Shown here: in pieces, positions 28,832-36,282 of the stretch
How the letters are laid out: each line of letters opens with the position of its first letter
Position numbering within the stretch: the first letter of the stretch is position 1
Source: Pseudomonadales bacterium
GTDB taxonomy: Bacteria; Patescibacteriota; Microgenomatia; UBA1400; PJMF01
DNA: 64,000 bases
Assembly: GCA_020632255.1 (NCBI GenBank)
Contig: JACKFX010000002.1
Location: 82,905-146,904, forward strand
Direction: 5' to 3'
Position numbers and translations under genes: made by a program
Notes under the pieces: generated by a model
What the model saw: the letters and a program-made list of their open reading frames with translations, nothing else
Databases searched by the model: none
Told to the model about the DNA's origin: nothing

Positions 28832-29902
28832 TTATTTCTCTCTCTCTGCAACAAAACGAGTCATCACCATCAGCTGCTTTTTAAACTCTTTCGAAACGGG
28901 TAGTTTGTTTGTTTTTGTAGCAATGCTATGTATGTAGGTATCGATCTTCTTCTGCATTATTTCTGTCACACCAAACTCATCATGTAACTGCTGAATACTA
29001 TGAATTTCTTGTTGAGTTAAAGCTTGTTTTCCATACAAAGCGCTCACTTCTGTTCGTTGTTTTTTAGGAAGTTTAGAAAGCGCTTTAAAAAAGTAGTATC
29101 GGTGCATGGTTTTTTTATTTTCTATCACATCCCCGCCGACTGGTTTCCCGGTAACCATCTCATCTCCAAACAAACTTAAGTGGTCATCTCTAATTTGAAA
29201 AATCATCCCGATAGACTCCAAAATGGCTTCAAGATCTTTGAGCGCATTTTCAGAAACTCCACACAGTAATCCTGCGGCAAGAACCGGCATCACAAACGTG
29301 TAGCGAGCGGTTTTATATTTGTAGACATTCTCAATTTCTTTCAGTTTATTACTCTGACTCATTTCATGAGCAAACACCACATCTTGCCATTGAGCAAAAC
29401 CAACGTGAGCATATTCTTGAGCCATGAAATACCAAACTTTTTGAGCATCATGTACTACCGAACCAATTTGTTCAAAGGCCAAGAAAAAAACAATATCTGT
29501 GGCACACATAACTGCACTCGGAGCATATACACCTGGTCGTCTAAACAACTGTTGTTGCGCATGTTTATATTCTTTTGAATGTAGTGCCACCATACCTCTA
29601 CGGGAATCGTCTTGATCCATAAAATCATCTTGAATAAGCAAAGAACTGTGAATCAGCTCGATACCAGCTGCAACTGGGAGATATTTTTCTAAAGAAGCGT
29701 CTGGATCAAACTCAAAAACTGCTTCGAGAAATAGGGACCCACGAACCGTCTTTCCTGATTGTACAAATAATTCCAAATATTCAAATAACGAAGAAGTAAA
29801 TTGATGAGCCACAAACGCTTTTCGCTTGCTTTGTAAAAGAGAAAGCAGGTATGTATCAATATCGTGTTTATGTCTCAAAAAAGTCAGAACATTTTCTGGC
29901 AT
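28832..29902 (-). CDS. crtE: Polyprenyl diphosphate synthase (probable GGPP synthase, CrtE-like)
   Basis: 356 aa. First Asp-rich motif LIQDDFMDQDDSRRG, second Asp-rich motif FQIRDDHLSLFGD, a KT residue pair, and GK..G.D. Lies in an operon with the carotenoid genes. Confidence 0.7.
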   Translation of the reverse strand: MPENVLTFLRHKHDIDTYLLSLLQSKRKAFVAHQFTSSLFEYLELFVQSGKTVRGSLFLEAVFEFDPDASLEKYLPVAAGIELIHSSLLIQDDFMDQDDSRRGMVALHSKEYKHAQQQLFRRPGVYAPSAVMCATDIVFFLAFEQIGSVVHDAQKVWYFMAQEYAHVGFAQWQDVVFAHEMSQSNKLKEIENVYKYKTARYTFVMPVLAAGLLCGVSENALKDLEAILESIGMIFQIRDDHLSLFGDEMVTGKPVGGDVIENKKTMHRYYFFKALSKLPKKQRTEVSALYGKQALTQQEIHSIQQLHDEFGVTEIMQKKIDTYIHSIATKTNKLPVSKEFKKQLMVMTRFVAEREK

Positions 29903-30560
29903 AGAGAGCCTTTACTATCCAGAGATACAAAAGTGCGGCATACCCAAAATCCTCAATTGGAATAGTGCCCACCAGTGCCCCGGTTTTATATATATCAGTA
30001 TAGAGAACGATTGGTAAAGATGTCAGGTAGTAATTAAAAAGTAATGTTGTAAAAAGTGTAAAAAGTAAACCAATAGTAACTGCTGTTTGATTCAATAACC
30101 GTGTACCAGTAAGTGCAAGTCCTAATACTACGATAACCGTGTACCATTTTTCCTGAACAAAAGAAAAGTACAGCCCCACTACAAGAGAAGTTCGATATAA
30201 AAGACTCAGTGCCACTGACACCTTTCTTGGGATTACAATCTGTTTATCTGGGATATGATCATGCAAATTCTTTAAAAAAGTGACTAATGCATAGGGTACC
30301 GTCACAAAAAAAAGGAGCTCTTCAATGGGAAGCCTCAAGAATGGTACATGAGTAAACCCGAGCACAAAGGTGGGGTTAAAACTCCACCACACATCGGTAA
30401 CCAAATAATCCCACACAATAAAAACCAATGAAATCGGAAGAAAGCTGAAAACTTCAGTTTTTGTTGGCACCTTCATTTTTGGGTAGAGCATCTTTCCTAG
30501 TATCAAAGAAGTCAGAACCACAAGATGAAAAAAGAAATAAGCAAAATGTGAGATCTGCAT
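29868..30560 (-). CDS. Lycopene cyclase domain protein, fused CrtYc/CrtYd type
   Basis: 230 aa, about 6-7 TM. Two internal repeats each carry a PxEE/PxED motif (LPIEELLFF and IPIEDFGY), characteristic of heterodimeric-type lycopene cyclases. Confidence 0.6.
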   Translation of the reverse strand: MQISHFAYFFFHLVVLTSLILGKMLYPKMKVPTKTEVFSFLPISLVFIVWDYLVTDVWWSFNPTFVLGFTHVPFLRLPIEELLFFVTVPYALVTFLKNLHDHIPDKQIVIPRKVSVALSLLYRTSLVVGLYFSFVQEKWYTVIVVLGLALTGTRLLNQTAVTIGLLFTLFTTLLFNYYLTSLPIVLYTDIYKTGALVGTIPIEDFGYAALLYLWIVKALYARKCSDFFET

Positions 30561-30562
30561 GA

Positions 30563-31474
30563 TTACCTGAAAGCCTCTCGTAACGCGACTACCAATAACG
30601 TACCAAACACGCGATACTTACTTGGTTTGACTTTTTTTCTGAATACAATGTGGGGGTCAGCCTCGATTTGATCTGCCGTCCATGCATAGAGCCGTGCCGC
30701 TGTCGCAATAGGAATGCGGTATCTGTATGGAATATACCCATATCCTTTTTCTGCCTCGGTCTGAGTAATTCTATAGAGAGAAATTTCATCCCGAATGAAT
30801 GCTGCAAATTGGTGATGTCGGTTTGAAGTTTCAGGAATATCACACAACTTACTCAACCCATACTTCTCGAGCACCTCACTAGCCATGTAGGTGCGATGTA
30901 ACTCACAGTCTTCGTGAATGTCTCTAATAAAATTTATTTGCTGCATCGCAGCCCCTTGCTTACGAGCTGCTATTTGTGCCTGCTTTGGTAATCCTAAAAT
31001 TTGACTCATCATCAATCCAATCACTTCGGCACTACCATAAATATACTGATTCACTTCTTTGCGGGTTGTATATCTAATCCAGTCCCCATCTGCTGATAGA
31101 TCACTCATCATCGAATATAAAAAGGCATGTACCCATAAAAATGAAATATGATATGCAAACATTAGTTCTACAAACGGTTGAATAATATCAGTGTATTCAG
31201 TTCTCTGGTGATACTCGGCAACTAGATGCCGTCCAGCCTTCCAAGAACTAGAAACTTTTTTAGCAAGCGCGTAGTACTCACAAATCCTTTGGGTTTCTTG
31301 AACAAACGCAGCAAATGTTTCAGGCTGCTGGGGCACTTCATCAACAAAGTCGTCAGCTGTTCGAACATACGCATAGAGTGTCGCCACCTTTTCCCAGGTG
31401 TCTTTAGGGAAAAACAAACTACTATAAAAATAGGTAGTACTAGCATTCTTAAAAATGAGTTTTTTTCTTGACAT
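30563..31474 (-). CDS. crtB: Phytoene synthase (squalene/phytoene synthase family)
   Basis: 303 aa. YAYVRTADDFVDE (first Asp-rich motif), GSAEVIGLMM, and QGAAMQQINFIRDIHED (second motif). Confidence 0.8.
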   Translation of the reverse strand: MSRKKLIFKNASTTYFYSSLFFPKDTWEKVATLYAYVRTADDFVDEVPQQPETFAAFVQETQRICEYYALAKKVSSSWKAGRHLVAEYHQRTEYTDIIQPFVELMFAYHISFLWVHAFLYSMMSDLSADGDWIRYTTRKEVNQYIYGSAEVIGLMMSQILGLPKQAQIAARKQGAAMQQINFIRDIHEDCELHRTYMASEVLEKYGLSKLCDIPETSNRHHQFAAFIRDEISLYRITQTEAEKGYGYIPYRYRIPIATAARLYAWTADQIEADPHIVFRKKVKPSKYRVFGTLLVVALREAFR

Positions 31475-32976
31475 TACGCACTATCTTTTTGAATTTCATC
31501 AATAACATACTGTGCAGAAAGCAGCACCATCGGCACCCCGATTCCTGGTTGAGTAAACTGTCCAGCAAAATAGAGATTCGATAACTGCTTCGCTTTCATT
31601 CGAGGTCGCATAAACACGGACTGCAGCAACGAATGCGATAGTCCCAGAGCATTGCCTTTGTAAGCGTTGAACTCATGAGCAAAATCTTTTTGAGCAAAGA
31701 TTTTTTTATACACAATATGCTTTTGAATTTCAGCTCCTGTTGTCGCCTCAACGTGATCAAGTACGTGCTCCACGTACTCATCAACTCCGTGCTGCTTTGT
31801 TTGGACACTCACAGGAACCAGTATAAACAGGTTTTCTGCATTCTTAGGTGCCACTGTATGGTCTGTAACTGATGGAGCACAAACGTAATAACAGGGTTTT
31901 TTTGGAAACTCAGTAGAATTTTGAATCGTACTAAAATGATCATTCCAATCATCCTGGAAATAAAAGTTGTGATGCTGCAACTCAGGAATTTTCTTGGAAA
32001 GACCAAGATATACTAACACACTCGAAATTGCATATTCTCTGTTTTCCCAGTAGTCTTTAGAGTACTCTTTGTACTCATTTGGAAGCAGATGTATATCGAA
32101 GTAGGCATAATCGGCAGTAGTTACAAAGATGTCAGCATCATATGTTCCCTGTGTCGTATCCACGGAAGTAACTCGCTTTGTTTCATCGTCAATGTGTACG
32201 CTCGTAACAGCTTCTTCCGTCTTGATAGTGACTCCAAATTCTTTGCATAGTGCTTCCAAAGCCTTGGGTAACTGACCAATGCCTCCCTCTGGATACCAAA
32301 TTTTTCCTTTAAAATCTGAGGCAATTAAAATGCTATAGAGAGCTGGTGTTCTCTTTGGAGATCCACCTAGAAACACGGTATGAAACTGAAGAATTTTTTG
32401 TATCAACGGGTGTGATAGTTGTGTCGTGATAAATCGCTCATAACTTTGAAACGGATTAAACTGGCTGAGAAGCCGTAATCCGGCTAACATTGTTTTTGGA
32501 GTAAGCAATGAAAGAAACGAGTCATACTTTCGTGCCAGTAACTCTATAGAAAGTGTATAAGCGACGTTCGTTTTGGTAATCAAAGAAACAAGCTTTGCTC
32601 TGCTTCCTGGCTCAAGAGTCTCAAAAAGTCTTAAGTTTTTTTGTATATTTGAAACAATATCAATTGGTTTGTGGGAATCAGAAAAGACTCGATACTTTGT
32701 CGATAGCTCACGTAAACTGTAGTAGTCACTACTTTTTTTCCCAACAGAAGCAAAAAATGACTCGATCACTTCTGGCATCATGTACCATGACGGACCCATG
32801 TCGAAAGTGAACCCTTTCTGCTTAAAAACTCGAGCGCGGCCACCAAGGTCTTTGTTTTTCTCAATCAGAATGACTGAATACCCACGGTACGCTAAGCCTG
32901 CCGCAGTGGCTAGGCCAGCTAAACCACCTCCTATCACAACGCATTTTTTTTGCTCTGAATCAGGTATACTTTTCAT
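31474..32976 (-). CDS. crtI: Phytoene desaturase (FAD-dependent, CrtI family)
   Basis: 500 aa. N-terminal Rossmann VVIGGGLAGLATAAGLAYRGYSVILIEKNKDLGGRA, then FDMGPSWYMMPE. The C-terminal end has a CrtI-like pattern. Its TAA stop overlaps the crtB ATG as TAATG. Confidence 0.85.
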   Translation of the reverse strand: MKSIPDSEQKKCVVIGGGLAGLATAAGLAYRGYSVILIEKNKDLGGRARVFKQKGFTFDMGPSWYMMPEVIESFFASVGKKSSDYYSLRELSTKYRVFSDSHKPIDIVSNIQKNLRLFETLEPGSRAKLVSLITKTNVAYTLSIELLARKYDSFLSLLTPKTMLAGLRLLSQFNPFQSYERFITTQLSHPLIQKILQFHTVFLGGSPKRTPALYSILIASDFKGKIWYPEGGIGQLPKALEALCKEFGVTIKTEEAVTSVHIDDETKRVTSVDTTQGTYDADIFVTTADYAYFDIHLLPNEYKEYSKDYWENREYAISSVLVYLGLSKKIPELQHHNFYFQDDWNDHFSTIQNSTEFPKKPCYYVCAPSVTDHTVAPKNAENLFILVPVSVQTKQHGVDEYVEHVLDHVEATTGAEIQKHIVYKKIFAQKDFAHEFNAYKGNALGLSHSLLQSVFMRPRMKAKQLSNLYFAGQFTQPGIGVPMVLLSAQYVIDEIQKDSA

Positions 32977-33031
32977 TGCGCTTTATAATACCATGCATTT
33001 GCTTATGTGATAATGTATAGTAAAGCTAGCA

Positions 33032-34069
33032 ATGCAACTTTCACTCTCCGCTTCTATGTCTAATGATGAGATCGCAGAAGTCTTTTCGTTCATCTCTCAA
33101 ATACTAGGTACCGATCCACGAAATCGCTACCGAGCCAGCGCCTACGAAGAAGCCGGAATAGTCATTCAGCACCAAAATGAACAGCTGCTGGATGTCTTCA
33201 AAAAACATACTGCTAACCCCGCAGCATTTACTGAGTATCTTGACTCACTTCCCGGAATCGGAGAGTCTATCAGCAAAAAACTTACCGAACTTTTCACCAC
33301 TGGAAACATCGCATCATTTCAAAAATATGTCGCTAAACTCCCTGGAGGCATGTATCCACTCATGAAGATACATGGCATCGGAGCCAAAAAGGCTCAAAAA
33401 TTAGCCGAAAATTTTGATCTTGATGACCCACAAACAGCTGTCTCAAAATTACTCACTAAAGCCAAACATGGCCAGGTTCAAGGACTGACTGGCTTTGGAG
33501 AAAAAAGTGAACAAGCGCTTATCGAAGCCCTGGAATTACAGCATGGGAAAGCACGTATTCCCTACAACGATGCTTTTTCTGTAGCTAAGAAATTTAAAAC
33601 TTCACTAGAAGACTCAGGATTAACTTCGCGAATTGTGTTTTTAGGAAGCCTGCGTCGCGAAGCCCCTACCGTTGGAGATATCGACGTGGGTGTTGCCACT
33701 CACTCACCCAAAAAAGTTGCCGACTTAATCACTTCACTGCCCTTCGTTAAAAAAACCTTAGTTGCCGGAGATAACTTAGTCAGCGTCATTACTGATGAAG
33801 GTTGGCAGGTTGATACCAAATTTGCACCACTTGCAGAGTGGGGAAGCTTTATTCAACATTTCACTGGTGATAAACAACACAACATAGTGCTGCGCCAAAT
33901 TGCTCTCAAGCAAGGTTTCTCTCTGTCAGAGCATGGTATAAAAATCAAAGTTACCGGTGAAGTTAAGACCTTTGAATCGGAAGATGACTTCTATGCCTTC
34001 CTCGGCTTTGCTCCAATTCCGCCAAGTGAGCGTGTGGGGCGTGATGAGTTTGAAAAGTATAAAAAATAA
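33032..34069 (+). CDS. DNA polymerase X family (Pol beta-like, no PHP domain)
   Basis: 345 aa. HhH motifs LPGIGESISKKL and IHGIGAKKAQKL. Nucleotidyltransferase motif GSLRREAPTVGDIDVGV. Thumb region ending FLGFAPIPPSER. Confidence 0.75.
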   Translation: MQLSLSASMSNDEIAEVFSFISQILGTDPRNRYRASAYEEAGIVIQHQNEQLLDVFKKHTANPAAFTEYLDSLPGIGESISKKLTELFTTGNIASFQKYVAKLPGGMYPLMKIHGIGAKKAQKLAENFDLDDPQTAVSKLLTKAKHGQVQGLTGFGEKSEQALIEALELQHGKARIPYNDAFSVAKKFKTSLEDSGLTSRIVFLGSLRREAPTVGDIDVGVATHSPKKVADLITSLPFVKKTLVAGDNLVSVITDEGWQVDTKFAPLAEWGSFIQHFTGDKQHNIVLRQIALKQGFSLSEHGIKIKVTGEVKTFESEDDFYAFLGFAPIPPSERVGRDEFEKYKK

Positions 34070-34070
34070 A

Positions 34071-34595
34071 CTAAAGTTCGCAATTCAACCAAAAGCCCTT
34101 ATGATTTTCTCGTGCACTCCGCTCTGATTCCCTAAAAACATCTTGAAACTTCACATCTGGCGGATAACTCGTCGCCTGCGCAAAGCCTTCGGCAACCATC
34201 ACTTCATTTACAAACACATCACCAACATAGACATACCCTAACAGCCGACCATATCGATCGGTTTCTGAAACATCTTTCTCAAGTCGTACTTTGTTATCTA
34301 ACACTAATTCCGAAAGCTTGTTGCTTGCCGCATCAAAATAGCACTCTCCTTTTTCGGGGGTATTTATCCCAATCAACCGCACCTTCTGACCACTTTCAAT
34401 TTCGAAGGTATCCCCATCAACGATGCGGGTAACCAAGTAAGTGTCGGACATACTTTCTTCAGGTTGCTGAGTTTCAGCGACAACATCTACCACTTCTTCA
34501 ATTGCTTTCTCTGATCGAGAATTCACAGACACACCCAATCCAGTCAAGAGCACAATTATGAGAGAAACAACCAGCTGCCTTTGTTTTTTAGTCAT
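34071..34595 (-). CDS. Thermonuclease (staphylococcal nuclease, SNase-like), secreted or membrane-anchored
   Basis: 174 aa. N-terminal TM/signal. VDGDTF, VRLIGINTPE, DRYGRLLGYVY and a G.A motif characteristic of the SNase fold. Confidence 0.8.
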   Translation of the reverse strand: MTKKQRQLVVSLIIVLLTGLGVSVNSRSEKAIEEVVDVVAETQQPEESMSDTYLVTRIVDGDTFEIESGQKVRLIGINTPEKGECYFDAASNKLSELVLDNKVRLEKDVSETDRYGRLLGYVYVGDVFVNEVMVAEGFAQATSYPPDVKFQDVFRESERSARENHKGFWLNCEL

Positions 34596-34660
34596 AGCTT
34601 CATTCTATATGAACCACCATTCTTGAAAACCCGCACAACAAGGTATATGCTGAAGATATT

Positions 34661-35044
34661 ATGACAGGATACATCGATAACATCGAACAACTCACCCAAA
34701 GTAACAGCAATTTTCGCCACGTGCTCTTCACTGCCCAACACTTGCAATTAGTGCTCATGAGCTTGAAGCCAAAAGAAGATATTGGTATGGAAGTACACGC
34801 CACGACCGATCAATTTTTTCGCGTTGAAGCTGGGACAGGCAAAGTCATCATGAATGGTGAAGAAAGAGAAGTTGGTGATGGAGATGTTGTTATCGTCCCG
34901 GCTGGAACCAAACACAACATCATCAATAGCTCTTCAGAAAATGAACTTAAACTCTATACTATCTACGCTCCACCTCACCATGTTGATGGCGTGATTCACG
35001 TCACCAAAGCTGAAGCTGAGGCAGATACTACCGATCATCTCTAA
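34661..35044 (+). CDS. Cupin domain protein
   Basis: 127 aa. Cupin two-motif pattern (G.EVHAT...E, then VVIVPAGTKHNIIN). Confidence 0.55.
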   Translation: MTGYIDNIEQLTQSNSNFRHVLFTAQHLQLVLMSLKPKEDIGMEVHATTDQFFRVEAGTGKVIMNGEEREVGDGDVVIVPAGTKHNIINSSSENELKLYTIYAPPHHVDGVIHVTKAEAEADTTDHL

Positions 35045-35234
35045 ACTAAGTACTGAAAACTCTTTCGACCCCATGTGGTGTCATACCTGAGTACCCCTTC
35101 TTGTGAGCAAGCAATTCCTCTTGAGTAATCCATTTGATAGCAATGATTTCTGCACTACTCGGTCGGAGTGTGTCTCCATTCCACTCCACTTGCACTTTAC
35201 CAATAGCAAGACTCAGTTGTTGCGTATGAAACTA

Positions 35235-35651
35235 TCATGTGCCATCACTCTCAGTATTTTTGCGTTTGCCTTTGCGATGACGTTTTCTTCTCTTTCTCTT
35301 TTTCTTTTTCTGGCCATCTAAAGTTATTTGTAAATCGATGTTAAACAGAGCCCACGCGATCTGTGCTAGCTGGATATCCGACCAGGTCCACTGATCTGCA
35401 TCTGCCTTGTCATGACACTTTTCACACACAATCTGTAAGTTCTCCATCCTAGTAAGTAAATGCGGTGCCAAAATTGGATTTTTTCGAGCCAAAAAATACG
35501 GCACTAAATGGTGGCCAAATAAGCGATCACTGCTTCCACACACTTCACAAACATTTCCAACTTTTTCCTTCCGAAGATCAATCAACTCTCGCGAAAAGTT
35601 GTAGGGTTCTCTGTTTCGAGGCTTTTTCATCACTACGCATTGTACCAGCAT
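35235..35651 (-). CDS. HNH endonuclease with a poly-basic C-terminal tail. Probable start MKKPRN at 35630. Terminated by a TGA TAG double stop.
   Basis: HNH core VCEVCGSSDRLFGHHLVPYF...NLQIVCEKCHDKAD. The C-terminus GQKKKKRKRRKRHRKGKRKNTESDGT is encoded by an A-rich run. Confidence 0.65.
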   Translation of the reverse strand: MLVQCVVMKKPRNREPYNFSRELIDLRKEKVGNVCEVCGSSDRLFGHHLVPYFLARKNPILAPHLLTRMENLQIVCEKCHDKADADQWTWSDIQLAQIAWALFNIDLQITLDGQKKKKRKRRKRHRKGKRKNTESDGT

Positions 35652-35688
35652 CTAAGTTTTTCTCAGAGCAGAATGCTATACTCAAACT

Positions 35689-36198
35689 ATGTATGGAAAA
35701 ATCGTCACTGTATCTGACAAAATGCAAAAACAGTACCACTATGTTCTTTCAGAACCTACGGGACAGAACTTTCACCCTGAATTTCAACCTGACCTTACTC
35801 CCAAAGAAATGCTTGAACTAGGCGTCTTTGGAGGCAAATACATGACTGACTGTTCAGATGAGTTCCCAAAAGATTGGTTCAAAAATGCAAAACTAAGTCC
35901 GAAAAAAAAGGATCCCTCACTCAACTTTTTTGGGATTGATGCCAGCCAGCCTTTATCTGTGTGGCAAAAAAAGGGTTGGATTTATGAAGAAGATCCACGT
36001 GGATGGTTCCAGTGGTACTGTCGGTACTATATGGGTAGACGCATCCCCGATGAGGATGAGCGTCAGATCAGGCGTTGGAAAGCGTTTAGAAGACACATCG
36101 GTCAAATAATCGCCAACTGTCAAAAAGGCGACCTGAGTTGCCGTCCTCGTCAACGCCAAGCACTACTTCATTGGGCATATGACAGCAGAAGACTATAA
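35689..36198 (+). CDS. Conserved hypothetical protein (Trp/Arg/Tyr-rich motif GWFQWYCRYYMGRR)
   Basis: 169 aa, soluble. I recognise the motif-rich region as conserved but cannot assign a family from memory. Confidence 0.45.
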   Translation: MYGKIVTVSDKMQKQYHYVLSEPTGQNFHPEFQPDLTPKEMLELGVFGGKYMTDCSDEFPKDWFKNAKLSPKKKDPSLNFFGIDASQPLSVWQKKGWIYEEDPRGWFQWYCRYYMGRRIPDEDERQIRRWKAFRRHIGQIIANCQKGDLSCRPRQRQALLHWAYDSRRL

Positions 36199-36282
36199 AT
36201 CCACTTTATTAGTGATTACTGAACATTTTTTTATTGTATACTTACATACATCGTACTATCTGAAATAGATTTATTTACAATC

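Noticed and set aside
35235-35320. Treating the poly-Lys/Arg tail of the HNH protein as a sequencing artefact
   Set aside because: The tail is in frame with the HNH core with no ambiguity, and the double stop is clear. There is no positive evidence of error, so it was kept as part of the CDS.
35103-35821. Track ORFs 35103..35321 and 35465..35821 on the + strand
   Set aside because: Antisense to the HNH endonuclease gene and its A-rich tail. Their low-complexity composition (FLFLFL..., poly-Ser/Leu) is typical of shadow ORFs.
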